IMG/VR virus record: IMGVR_UViG_2667528074_000002
Span: 1 to 24,131 of that record
DNA length: 24,131 nucleotides
Reading direction: 5' to 3' (one strand)
Origin: a virus
Lineage: Duplodnaviria; Heunggongvirae; Uroviricota; Caudoviricetes
Under the pieces are notes generated by a model. The model ran no database searches and was not told where the DNA came from. It saw only the letters and a program-made list of their open reading frames with translations. This document shows positions 9,539-18,134 of the stretch, piece after piece. Made by a program: the position numbers and the translations under genes. The first letter of the stretch is position 1, and each line of letters begins with the position of its first letter.

Positions 9539-9871
9539 TCATACCACGACCTGTTCAAAATTTGCGGTTACCGTGACCCACAGCGCCCCCACACTGGACG
9601 ACCATTTACGGCAGACCACCCGGACAGGTGTCCAGCCATAAGGCGGTGTCCACTGAAACGCCCTGACCCCACCGTGCCGGGCCAGAAACGCTTCCAGCGC
9701 CTGATGCTCCCCTTTACGGACACGGATCGTGACACTGTACGTTGGCAACAGAGGATTCAGTCCCGCCGGACGACGCTGTTCATAACCATCACCCAGTTTA
9801 ACTGTCACCACTTTTGGCTCTGAATCCACCTTCATATCCGGACGGACTTTCCAGCTGAATATCTCCATCAC
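9539..9871 (-). CDS. M: Minor tail protein M
   Basis: 110 aa; ...GDGYEQRRPAGLN...TYSVT...WTPPYGWTP...CRKWSS...FEQVV resembles lambda gpM; overlaps the H stop. Confidence 0.85.
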   Translation of the reverse strand: MMEIFSWKVRPDMKVDSEPKVVTVKLGDGYEQRRPAGLNPLLPTYSVTIRVRKGEHQALEAFLARHGGVRAFQWTPPYGWTPVRVVCRKWSSSVGALWVTVTANFEQVVV

Positions 9872-12800
9872 CGGTATACTCCGCTTAACTGCCCGCCATC
9901 ACGGGACTGTTGTTGCATAAAATCTGCTGCAGCCCTTTTCCCCAGGTTGTAAACCGCCTGCATGGCTTCCGGCCCAATCTGCCCGTTCTGACCATCGTTA
10001 TTGATCTCGATGTTGTACTGCGGCGCAAACATCACCATCCCCGAACCACAGGTCGCTGCCACAACACCCAGCTTACCGTCAACCCCCCTGCGCAAGGGCA
10101 GGATAGCCTCAGGCCCCGCTTCACCCATCACCCCCGCGCCTTTTGCAAAAGCAAAAAACGTCGGACGGTTAACCACCGTGCCACTGTAGCGACTCAAATC
10201 AGCAGACTGATAAACACCACCTTCTGCATTGGTTTTCACATCACCGAAATCAAACCCCATCACACTGCCAATCCCTTTGACAGCCTTCATCATGGTTGCC
10301 TGCGCCAGAATTTTTGCCATATCTGACAGCACAGATGAGGTGAAAGATTTGAAATTGAGTTTGCCGGTGGTAACAAAAGTTGCCAGACCATTTCCCATAC
10401 TACTGAAAGCAGACATAAACATCTGTTCTGCAGTCCCGGCAGCATTATCCGCGTCGGCAGTAAAATTCATGAACGCGCGTTTTGCACCGTTTTTCCACTC
10501 CCCCTGCGCGGCATCCATTTGTTGCCAGTAGCGGCGATTCTCATTCAGTTTCCGGTTCAGACTGTCTGTCAGCGTCTGTTCAGCCTTCCGGTATGCGTCA
10601 GAACCATACGAGCCTTTCTGCTTACTGTCCCGTTCAAGTTGCTCCAGCTGTTGCTGGTACTGCTGTCGTAGACGCAACTGCGACTGGTACCGCTGCCGTT
10701 GCTGATCGCCCATTCCTGCCATGGCAACGTCCAGATCGTGTTGCTGACGCTGTGCGCGCTCTTCCTCAGCCAGTTGACTGGTCAGCTGAATGGTCTTTTT
10801 CTTCAGGTCATTGAGGGCAGTCTGCTTCTGCAGCTCCTGCTGTTTTGCATCCAGCAACGTCAGTGCCTGAATCAGCTCATCCTTGTGAGCCAGCACACTT
10901 TTTTCATCTGCTGTCAGTTTTTTACCGGCCAAATCGCTGATACGCTGCTGAAGGGCCAGAAGCTGTTTATGCGCTTCTGTCATCCTTTCAGTAGCCATGC
11001 CCGCTGACTGTCTGGCGGCGGCAATCTGTCCCTCCACCTGCGCCTGTTGCTGGCTGTACTGCAGTAATAACCGGGTGGCCTCATCATTACGGGTGGCAGG
11101 AGTTTTTTTCTTAATGGCTTTTTCGTAACGTTCATTTTCACGCTGTATCGCTGCGTCCCTGACCGCCTGATCGGCGTACTGCATGGCATTAATACGCGCA
11201 ATTTCACGCTGATGTCGTGCTGCTTCCGTTTCGTTCATCCGGTTCAGCGCGGCATTTTCAGCATTCCGGCGTTTCTGCTGCTCCTGATAATTTCGCTCAG
11301 CCTGCTCTTTTGCATCCTGCAAATCCTGCTGGCGTTTTCGCTCTTGTAGCGCATCCAGTTGTTGCTGATCGTATTCCACCGTGGTGGACGCCTTAGTCCA
11401 CGGAAATTTCTTCGCCCGCTGAATTTTTTCCTGCAGCGACGCAATCTGCGCATCAAGGGAATCTTCCCGACCAATGTTCATGGCCGCATCCCAGAACTGC
11501 TTCCACCAGTCAGACAAGGTTTGCAGCGTACTGCCCAGCGCATTGAGGTTATTATCAATATCCGACGTACGTTTACCGGTTTCCTCTGCCAGTGCAGACA
11601 TGGCTATCCGGGCGGCGTCACTGGTACGCCCCTGCTCTCCGAGCACACGGATCTGTTCAAGCTGGGTGGCTGTCAGAAAATGCAGTTCATCATCCAGCGC
11701 CTTCGCAGCACTGACCGGATCATCCTTCAGCCGTTTAAACTGACTGATGGTGTCACTGACAGACTGCCCTACCGAGCGTTCCATCTGTGCGGCAGCTTTC
11801 GCCACCATACCAATATCGTTACCGTGAAATGCACCGCTCCCCACTACCTGCGCCAGTGACCCCGCCATGGCATGTTGCGTGATGCCATTACCGGAAAGAT
11901 TTTTACTGAGCGCCCACAACTGCCCGGCTGTCACACCGGCATAGTGTCCGGTGAGCTCAAGCTGCCGGTTAAAGGCTTCGCCTTCTTCCTGCCCCTCCAT
12001 CCAGGCTTTACCCAGACCAATAACCGCAGCAGTGATCCCTCCGATAACTCCCCCCACCGCCAGGCCTTTCGGAGTCATTAATTTATCAATCCAGCCGGCA
12101 CGGTTAGCCAGGGTGATCCCGGAGCCACGAAGCGCACCGAAATTACCACGCGCCAGTTCACCAATCATGACCCCCAGCTCCCGACGAGCTGCCGCACTTT
12201 TCAGTCCCAGCGAATGTGTGGTGTTTCCGGCTTTCTCCATTTTACGGATGTACACCTCCGCGGCACTGCTGCACCCAAGTTGTGCCGCCTTTGCCCGAAG
12301 CAGTTCCGTCGTGGTCATTTTCTGGCGACTTGTCTGTTCTTTCAGCTGACGAATAAATGCGGTTTTCTGGCGGGTGGCCGTTTCCTCTGCCTGTGTCAGA
12401 ACGCGGGTTTTCGCTGTCACCTCAGAAATCAGGGCCAGATAATCCTGCTGAGCAATCCCGCCACTGTTTCTGGCCTGTCGGATCTGCTGCTGAATACGCT
12501 GTAACTCCTGCAGCCCCGCACTGGCCTGTTGTACGCTGTCGATCTGACGATAAAATGCGGCAGCCATCTTATCCTGCGCCGCAGCCAGCGCAGCCGCCTG
12601 AACCTGCTCCTCCCGCATCTGACGACTCAGGGCCTCCATCCGCAGGCGCGCCCTTTCCACATCTTCCGCCAGCGAAACATGCCCCTGCGCATGCTTCACC
12701 ACGGCCTGAGTCTGTATCACCGTCGCGCTGGCAGCCTGTTTCTGACTTTCCTCAAACCGTTTCATACGGGCTTCGGCCCGCTCCGCCTCCTTTGCTGTAC

Positions 12801-12891
12801 CATTCAGCAGATTTTTTACACGCGGAAGCTGCTCTTTAAAATCGGCGGTATCAATGCTTAAATCAATGACAAGGTCAGCAATCTGGTCCAA
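9868..12891 (-). CDS. H: Tail tape measure protein H
   Basis: 1007 aa, strongly alpha-helical/coiled-coil composition rich in Q/A/E/R, C-terminal Gly-rich region ending ...NNDGQNGQIGPEAMQAVYNLGKRAAADFMQQQSRDGGQLSGVYR like the lambda H C-terminus; positioned between G-T and M. Confidence 0.9.
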   Translation of the reverse strand: MDQIADLVIDLSIDTADFKEQLPRVKNLLNGTAKEAERAEARMKRFEESQKQAASATVIQTQAVVKHAQGHVSLAEDVERARLRMEALSRQMREEQVQAAALAAAQDKMAAAFYRQIDSVQQASAGLQELQRIQQQIRQARNSGGIAQQDYLALISEVTAKTRVLTQAEETATRQKTAFIRQLKEQTSRQKMTTTELLRAKAAQLGCSSAAEVYIRKMEKAGNTTHSLGLKSAAARRELGVMIGELARGNFGALRGSGITLANRAGWIDKLMTPKGLAVGGVIGGITAAVIGLGKAWMEGQEEGEAFNRQLELTGHYAGVTAGQLWALSKNLSGNGITQHAMAGSLAQVVGSGAFHGNDIGMVAKAAAQMERSVGQSVSDTISQFKRLKDDPVSAAKALDDELHFLTATQLEQIRVLGEQGRTSDAARIAMSALAEETGKRTSDIDNNLNALGSTLQTLSDWWKQFWDAAMNIGREDSLDAQIASLQEKIQRAKKFPWTKASTTVEYDQQQLDALQERKRQQDLQDAKEQAERNYQEQQKRRNAENAALNRMNETEAARHQREIARINAMQYADQAVRDAAIQRENERYEKAIKKKTPATRNDEATRLLLQYSQQQAQVEGQIAAARQSAGMATERMTEAHKQLLALQQRISDLAGKKLTADEKSVLAHKDELIQALTLLDAKQQELQKQTALNDLKKKTIQLTSQLAEEERAQRQQHDLDVAMAGMGDQQRQRYQSQLRLRQQYQQQLEQLERDSKQKGSYGSDAYRKAEQTLTDSLNRKLNENRRYWQQMDAAQGEWKNGAKRAFMNFTADADNAAGTAEQMFMSAFSSMGNGLATFVTTGKLNFKSFTSSVLSDMAKILAQATMMKAVKGIGSVMGFDFGDVKTNAEGGVYQSADLSRYSGTVVNRPTFFAFAKGAGVMGEAGPEAILPLRRGVDGKLGVVAATCGSGMVMFAPQYNIEINNDGQNGQIGPEAMQAVYNLGKRAAADFMQQQSRDGGQLSGVYR

Positions 12892-13210
12892 ATCTCATTC
12901 CTCCCGATATACCTTCCCCCAGATGCATCAGCTCTTCATCCGTGCGTTCAGGGATCACCCTGTCATCCGTAACCAGACTGAAATCATCCGCCGGAATACG
13001 TTCACCGGACACCATCTGAACCATCAGCGACTTCAGTGTGGAAATCTGTGCATCCAGCCAGATATCCCCGAAACTCTGCTTCCGGAAGAAATCCCCCCAT
13101 TCGCCCAGTTCTGACGCTGACATTTCTGATAACATCCGCCGCCAGTCTGCCCGCCGGAACTCACGGGCAAGCTGCATCACAAACTGCATCTCCCGCGTCA
13201 GGACTTTTCC
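12875..13210 (-). CDS. T: T reading frame, expressed as the G-T fusion via -1 programmed frameshift from G
   Basis: ORF in the -1 frame relative to G, open upstream through the G 3' end; heptamer G GAA AAG (13210..13204) lies 2 codons before the G stop; T frame continues ...GKVLTREMQFVMQLAREFRR... to a stop at 12875, overlapping the H start. Confidence 0.75.
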   Translation of the reverse strand, partial: GKVLTREMQFVMQLAREFRRADWRRMLSEMSASELGEWGDFFRKQSFGDIWLDAQISTLKSLMVQMVSGERIPADDFSLVTDDRVIPERTDEELMHLGEGISGGMRFGPDC

Positions 13211-13587
13211 GGTGTCAGGGGAACCTGTTCACCGTTCTGAACATCACCGGTGGAGACCGGCATACCACTCAGGGATAAAACCAGACTGCCCCCGTCGCCA
13301 AGCGCGTCATAAGACCAGGTGTTTTTTACATCCTCATTCAGCGCATCCACATCCTGTGACGGGTCCGTATTCCACATTGACCGGGAAACCAGCCAGGCAT
13401 TGATATCCATCCCCATACGCAGAAATTCAATCTGACGATCCGCCACCGGCATGGCATCATCCAGGGCGTCAAACTCAGCTGTCCGTTTCTGGACAAACGC
13501 CAGATACTCCACCCGCTGAAGTCCGGATAATTCCGTCAGTACCACAGACTGATTACCGTAGTTAAATGTGTCCTGTTTCAGAAACAT
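13198..13587 (-). CDS. G: Tail assembly chaperone G
   Basis: ATG at 13587 (MFLKQDTFNYGNQSVVLTELSGLQRVEYLAF...) with RBS GGAGGGG; resembles lambda gpG (MFLKTESFEHNGVTVTLSELSALQRIEHLAL...). The upstream extension in the track is not supported by an RBS. Confidence 0.85.
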   Translation of the reverse strand: MFLKQDTFNYGNQSVVLTELSGLQRVEYLAFVQKRTAEFDALDDAMPVADRQIEFLRMGMDINAWLVSRSMWNTDPSQDVDALNEDVKNTWSYDALGDGGSLVLSLSGMPVSTGDVQNGEQVPLTPEKS

Positions 13588-13599
13588 GTCCCCTCCGTA

Positions 13600-13625
13600 A
13601 ACAAAAAACCCCGGCATACCGGGGT
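13600..13625 (-). terminator. Intrinsic terminator between V and G
   Basis: Minus strand CCCCGG-TATG-CCGGGG (perfect 6 bp GC stem) followed by TTTTTTGTTT, located between the V stop (13644) and the G RBS. Confidence 0.6.
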
Positions 13626-13643
13626 AAAAAACAGACTGCCAGG

Positions 13644-14384
13644 TTAATCACCATTAACGGTAATACCGGCCACAGCAACCTGCGCACCACCCGCAGTCAT
13701 CCCCACAATCGAGGTGCTGCCCGCTTTCACACCTTTCACCGTTGCCACCATGCCACTCAGCGTAACCGTGGCGATATCAGGAGATGATGACGCCACACTC
13801 ACCGTTTTATCAGATGCATCTTCCGGTACTGTGCTGAATGTCAGCGTCGTCGTTGCCCCCACTCTGACACTGGCGGAAACCGGCATTACTGTCAGCCCGG
13901 TCACCCCCACAATTTCAGTCCCCTCCTCAGCCAGATACGGACGCCCCACACCGCTGATTTTAACCGTACGGGTCATCACATCTTTTGACGTAATGGTTTT
14001 ACCCAGCGAACTCAGCCAGCCGCGGAACACATCAACGGTACCGTTAGGGTATTTGATGCGGAATGCACGAACTTCACCGGAATCAAACAACTGAATCAGT
14101 TTTTTCTGTCCGCTGTCACCCGGACGCCAGGCCAGCGTCGCGGATGTATCACCAACAGATTTTTGCCCCTGAGTTGTCGTTTTCCAGTCAGCATTTTCAT
14201 CATCGAGATAATCGTCATCTTCCGCATCTGCAGTCATTTCCCCCGGCTGCAGATCCTTCACCATCGCGAGGCGCAGCCAGTCCGTATCTGACAAAGGATT
14301 CGCAAATGCGTCGCCCTTGCCGGTATACATCCAGAACGTCGTCCCCGCCCCTTTCATTTTTTCAAGTGGATTCGGTGTCGTCAT
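13644..14384 (-). CDS. V: Major tail protein V with C-terminal Ig-like domain
   Basis: ATG at 14384 (MTTPNPLEKMKGAGTTFWMYTGKGD...) with RBS GGGGTGGGG, giving 246 aa as in lambda gpV; the C-terminal third (TVMPVSASVRVGATTTLTFSTVPEDASDKTVSVASSSPDIATVTLSGMVATVKGVKAGSTSIV) looks like a Big_2-type Ig-like domain. Confidence 0.9.
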   Translation of the reverse strand: MTTPNPLEKMKGAGTTFWMYTGKGDAFANPLSDTDWLRLAMVKDLQPGEMTADAEDDDYLDDENADWKTTTQGQKSVGDTSATLAWRPGDSGQKKLIQLFDSGEVRAFRIKYPNGTVDVFRGWLSSLGKTITSKDVMTRTVKISGVGRPYLAEEGTEIVGVTGLTVMPVSASVRVGATTTLTFSTVPEDASDKTVSVASSSPDIATVTLSGMVATVKGVKAGSTSIVGMTAGGAQVAVAGITVNGD

Positions 14385-14395
14385 TTCCCCACCCC

Positions 14396-14797
14396 TTAAT
14401 TTGTATATGTGATTTGATACGTGATTTCCGCCATCGCCCATGTTGCCATATCGTTATCACGCTGATAGTTAAATCCCCGTGGGATCATGGTATCGATAAG
14501 GCCGTAAAGCGCCGGAATATCCTCCAGTGCCGGGTAAATAATGTTGTCCATCCACGTATCCAGATCAGAATCCGGTGCCTGTGCACGGATAAAGACGGCG
14601 ACATGCAGAACTGCCAGCCAGTCATCCTCATCCGTCATTTTTCCGGTGTACTGTGCATCACTCAGCCACACCGCCACGGCAGGCAGCTCCTGCGCATCAA
14701 TAAAGGCAGGAAGACCGTCAAACAGGACGGTCTTCTCCCCGCACGTCGTTTTCAGGCGCGAAAGTACGGCCTGACGAATTTGTGTGTGTCGGTTCAT
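14396..14797 (-). CDS. U: Tail terminator protein U
   Basis: 133 aa MNRHTQIRQAVLSRLKT...FDGLPAFIDAQELPAVAVWLSDAQYTG...NIIYPALEDIPALYGLID...ITYQITYTN; resembles lambda gpU. Start overlaps the Z stop (ATGA). Confidence 0.85.
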   Translation of the reverse strand: MNRHTQIRQAVLSRLKTTCGEKTVLFDGLPAFIDAQELPAVAVWLSDAQYTGKMTDEDDWLAVLHVAVFIRAQAPDSDLDTWMDNIIYPALEDIPALYGLIDTMIPRGFNYQRDNDMATWAMAEITYQITYTN

Positions 14798-15372
14798 AGG
14801 TTCAGATATGACCTCAGTTGTTGTTTCAGGGCATACCCCAGCTGTTTCGGCATCTCGTTATCAATGACGCTTTTACGGGCATCCTCAAATGCCTGTGTCA
14901 GCGGACCGGACAGCGGAATTTTCACCACATCAATGGGGTAACGATTTTTGCCGTCAATACGCCGCATCACATGCCAGCGACCGTTCGCCAGTTGCTGAAC
15001 AAAGGCATTCCGGAAAAGATATTTTCCCACTTTCAGCACACTGCCACGGTAATGTAACCTGCCACCACGCCGGGTCATTCTGACCTGTGCAGCCCCCAGT
15101 TTTATGGCGGGCAGGTTGCCGCGATTTACGCGAATACGGGCATACATTTTTCCGTCCGGGCTGGCTTTAAGTACCCTGACACGCTCACGCACCAGTTTCA
15201 GGGGGCTCCCCTTCACCTGGTTATCACCAGCCACAGTATTCTGCGCGACCTGCCGTGTGGCGACAGAGACAACCTTTGCCGCCACACGGTTCATCGCCCA
15301 TGCGCTGGCCTGTGGCACCATACGGGTATCAAGGCTGTTCAGATTACGGATGGCATTTTCAAGCCCCTTCAT
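14794..15372 (-). CDS. Z: Minor tail protein Z (tail completion)
   Basis: 192 aa, same length as lambda gpZ, N-terminus MKGLENAIRNLNSLD...; synteny FII-Z-U-V. Confidence 0.8.
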   Translation of the reverse strand: MKGLENAIRNLNSLDTRMVPQASAWAMNRVAAKVVSVATRQVAQNTVAGDNQVKGSPLKLVRERVRVLKASPDGKMYARIRVNRGNLPAIKLGAAQVRMTRRGGRLHYRGSVLKVGKYLFRNAFVQQLANGRWHVMRRIDGKNRYPIDVVKIPLSGPLTQAFEDARKSVIDNEMPKQLGYALKQQLRSYLNL

Positions 15373-15383
15373 CCCACACCTCT

Positions 15384-15659
15384 TTACTCAATAAAGATCA
15401 TTGGCTTACCGTTAAAGCGTTCATGCCGTGTGACCGTCCATTGTTGTCCGTCATAAACAACGCGGTCCCCGCGCCGTGGGCGGTATCCCGGAGAAAACAC
15501 CACCAGGGAAAACGCCGGTCCGGAAAGCGCGTTCAGCTCTGCCAGTGTTTCTCCCGGGATCACCGTCATATCGACATCATTAATCGAAGCCATCTTTCCC
15601 ATTCTTCTGATCGTGACCGCATCCATACGCGCAGCCAGCCGGGAAAAAGGATCAGACAT
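15384..15659 (-). CDS. Head-tail joining protein, FII-like
   Basis: 91 aa; C-terminal ...RRGDRVVYDGQQWTVTRHERFNG resembles the lambda FII motif ...RRGDTLTIGEENFWVDRVSP; sits immediately upstream of Z. Confidence 0.6.
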   Translation of the reverse strand: MSDPFSRLAARMDAVTIRRMGKMASINDVDMTVIPGETLAELNALSGPAFSLVVFSPGYRPRRGDRVVYDGQQWTVTRHERFNGKPMIFIE

Positions 15660-15975
15660 TGAGTTTTACCGGCACGTCTTCTGCGCTGGTTCCGGCATCC
15701 GCCCAGGTAACCCCGACAAGCGGATCGGAACCACTGTTCGTCAGCTGAACTTTTCCGGATTTCAGATAAACCTTCTTACCCGTTTTCATGTCATCCGTTT
15801 TCAGCTTCGGCAACATAAATACACCCTCAGCTATCCCGTCCCCCGTTTCGCCCTTTGCAATATCGGTCAGTGCCACTGCAAAAATATCTCCCACCTGCAC
15901 CAGTTCACCACTGCTGATGTCTTTACCAGCAATGATCTCCACCGTTTTTCCTTCTTCCACAAAATTCTTTGCCAT
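15652..15975 (-). CDS. DUF2190-like small head protein (possible decoration/cement or head-fibre protein)
   Basis: ATG at 15975 (MAKNFVEEGKTVEIIAGKDISSGELVQVGDIFAVALTDIAKGETGDGIAEGVFMLPK...) with RBS GGAGA; Gly/Val-rich beta-type composition and MAKN start are typical of the family that follows the major capsid gene in HK97-like head modules. The track ORF begins earlier at a TTG. Confidence 0.6.
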   Translation of the reverse strand: MAKNFVEEGKTVEIIAGKDISSGELVQVGDIFAVALTDIAKGETGDGIAEGVFMLPKLKTDDMKTGKKVYLKSGKVQLTNSGSDPLVGVTWADAGTSAEDVPVKLNV

Positions 15976-16024
15976 AACTGTCTCCATACAGCCCCTGCCC
16001 GGGGCTGATTTCAGGTACAAAAAA

Positions 16025-16040
16025 AGCCCTTACGGGCCAT
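16025..16040 (-). terminator. Weak terminator-like hairpin after the capsid gene
   Basis: Minus strand GGCCC-GTAA-GGGCT followed by TTTTTT, between the capsid stop (16062) and the DUF2190-like start; the stem is only 4-5 bp. Confidence 0.25.
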
Positions 16041-16061
16041 CAGGGTTGTTGTCTGCGACAT

Positions 16062-18134
16062 TTACGCCGTACATTTCACCAGACCGCGGTGATCAACCGG
16101 TGCAACGCCGGCGTCAATACGCACTTTCGTGGTCACGCCATCCACACTGAAACCTTCCATCTGATCAATGTATGGCGTATCCACACCGTTGAGATAAGCC
16201 ACTTCAATCGTATCGGAGCCTTTGGATGCAGCCAGATAAAAGGTGGTCTGGCTGCTATCATCCAGACGCGGCTCAGCGATAACGGTCGCAAAATCTTTCA
16301 CTGGGTTAATAATACCGGCATTGACGTCTGCGCCTTTCACACTGGCAGAGCGGATCACCTGGTTAGCCACCGATTCCATCGCCGTCGGTACCAGCACGAA
16401 CGCAGGGCGAATATTCAGGTGACGCTCACCTTCTTTCTGAACACGCATCAACTGGCGGGCTTTATCCAGCGATGCCACGTCCATTGCTGCGCTCTCCAGT
16501 ACGTTTGCATGTTTCGCTTTATCGAACAGGCTTACATTATCTGTGGAGATTTTCGGGTTAGAGGTCAGAATGGCATAAACCAGATCGGCAATCGTGGATT
16601 TCGCCGCACGGCCCAGCTTCATCGGGACATCGGTCAGCATATTCAGATCATCATTGATAATGGCCTGACGGGTGATACTGAACAGTTCACCATAGGTCGC
16701 CAGTGCAATCGTGGCCTGTTTATCTCCGGTGGTGACGTACTTATATTCAGCCCCTTCACGCACCTGACGCAGAGAACTGAAGCCCCCCATTCCCACACGA
16801 TGAGCAATTTTAAAATCAGACAGCTGACCTTTCCGGGTCCACTGCTCGTAAGTCTCAGGGGCTTCTTCCCAGCCCTGCAGAATGGCTTTGTTCGCAACAT
16901 CCAGCAGAATATTACCGAAGTCAGACGAGCTGTGTGTGAATGCCGCACCAACCATCTGCATGGGGTTATAACCGGAAACCCCGATACCCCGTTCAGTCAG
17001 CGACATACGGGCATATTCGCGCAGGGTCATCCCGTTGTAGACGTTATCCTGTTCACGCTCAGCAAATCCGGCGCGTGCCATCAGCGCCTGTCGGATCCCG
17101 TCCCCCACAAAATTACCGTTGCCGGCATAAATATGGGACGGGGTATTTTTATTTGATGGTGAAAATTCCTTACCCATTTCATTCAGTAACTTCTCGCGAG
17201 CCTGCTCAAGCGAGCACTCCGGATCGGAAAGACAACTGGCCTGCAATGTCTGATAACGCCCGCCAAACATACCAAACAGATCATTAATACCACTCACGCG
17301 TGCTTTTTGCTCAGCCAGCACCTGTGCACGGATACTGCTTTCATCTGCGGAAGACGCATTTGCAGTGGTCACGGTACTTGTCGCGGTTGCGGCAACCTGA
17401 GCCGTAGTCTGCTCCTGTGTCTGAGATGCAGTATTTTTGTTTTCAGGCTCACGCGTTGCACTGTTGCGTGGCGGAGTAATCATATTTCGGATGGATTCCG
17501 GCATTTTTTTAAATTCCTCTGTACGTTTTGACTGAATACATGCCATTGCATTAACTTCCGGTGTCACCTGGTCAGCAAATCCGTGTGCCAGACATTCGGC
17601 ACCTGACATCCAGGTTTCATCCGCCAGCATGGCAGCAATTTCATCGGTAGTTTTTCCGGTTTTTTGCGCATAAGCAGGCAACAGGACCGATTCAACTTTA
17701 TCAAGCAGGTCGGCATAATCGCGCATATCATCCGCATCACCACCACTCACTCCCCATGGTTTATGGATCATCATGAATGCATTTTCAGGCATGATGACGG
17801 GATCCCCCACCATCGCAATGACCGACGCCATTGACGCCGCCACACCGTCGACATAAACGGTAATGGACGCACCATGTGTTTTCAGTGCATTAAAAATGGC
17901 GATGCCTTCAAAGACATCGCCACCCGGTGAATTAATATGGAGATTGATGTGGGTGATATTACCCAGCGCATTCAGATCACTGACAAACTGCTTCGCCGTA
18001 ACTCCCCAGAAACCAATCTCGTCATAGATATAAATATCTGCGTCACTTTTATGACCCGCCTTCATCCTGAACCAGGAATTATTCTTCAGGCTGGCCTTCG
18101 GTTCGCCGCGAAACCACGCGTTCTGTTTCAGCAT
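16062..18134 (-). CDS. Prohead protease (ClpP/S14-like) - linker/scaffold - major capsid protein, encoded as one ORF
   Basis: ATG at 18134 (MLKQNAWFRGEP...) with RBS AAGGAGGTGG. N-terminal ~200 aa carry ClpP-like Ser/His/Asp motifs (GVAASMASVIAMVGD, FMMIHKPWG, AHGFADQV). A Thr/Ala/Gln-rich linker follows (...TASQTQEQTTAQVAATATSTVTTANASS...), then a ~400 aa C-terminal region of capsid-like size and composition. No stop codon separates them. Confidence 0.8.
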   Translation of the reverse strand: MLKQNAWFRGEPKASLKNNSWFRMKAGHKSDADIYIYDEIGFWGVTAKQFVSDLNALGNITHINLHINSPGGDVFEGIAIFNALKTHGASITVYVDGVAASMASVIAMVGDPVIMPENAFMMIHKPWGVSGGDADDMRDYADLLDKVESVLLPAYAQKTGKTTDEIAAMLADETWMSGAECLAHGFADQVTPEVNAMACIQSKRTEEFKKMPESIRNMITPPRNSATREPENKNTASQTQEQTTAQVAATATSTVTTANASSADESSIRAQVLAEQKARVSGINDLFGMFGGRYQTLQASCLSDPECSLEQAREKLLNEMGKEFSPSNKNTPSHIYAGNGNFVGDGIRQALMARAGFAEREQDNVYNGMTLREYARMSLTERGIGVSGYNPMQMVGAAFTHSSSDFGNILLDVANKAILQGWEEAPETYEQWTRKGQLSDFKIAHRVGMGGFSSLRQVREGAEYKYVTTGDKQATIALATYGELFSITRQAIINDDLNMLTDVPMKLGRAAKSTIADLVYAILTSNPKISTDNVSLFDKAKHANVLESAAMDVASLDKARQLMRVQKEGERHLNIRPAFVLVPTAMESVANQVIRSASVKGADVNAGIINPVKDFATVIAEPRLDDSSQTTFYLAASKGSDTIEVAYLNGVDTPYIDQMEGFSVDGVTTKVRIDAGVAPVDHRGLVKCTA

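Noticed and set aside
14063-14941. 292 aa plus-strand ORF
   Set aside because: Antisense across the V/U/Z genes, which are individually well supported on the minus strand.
16089-17156. 355 aa plus-strand ORF
   Set aside because: Antisense to the major capsid domain; no RBS and arbitrary composition.
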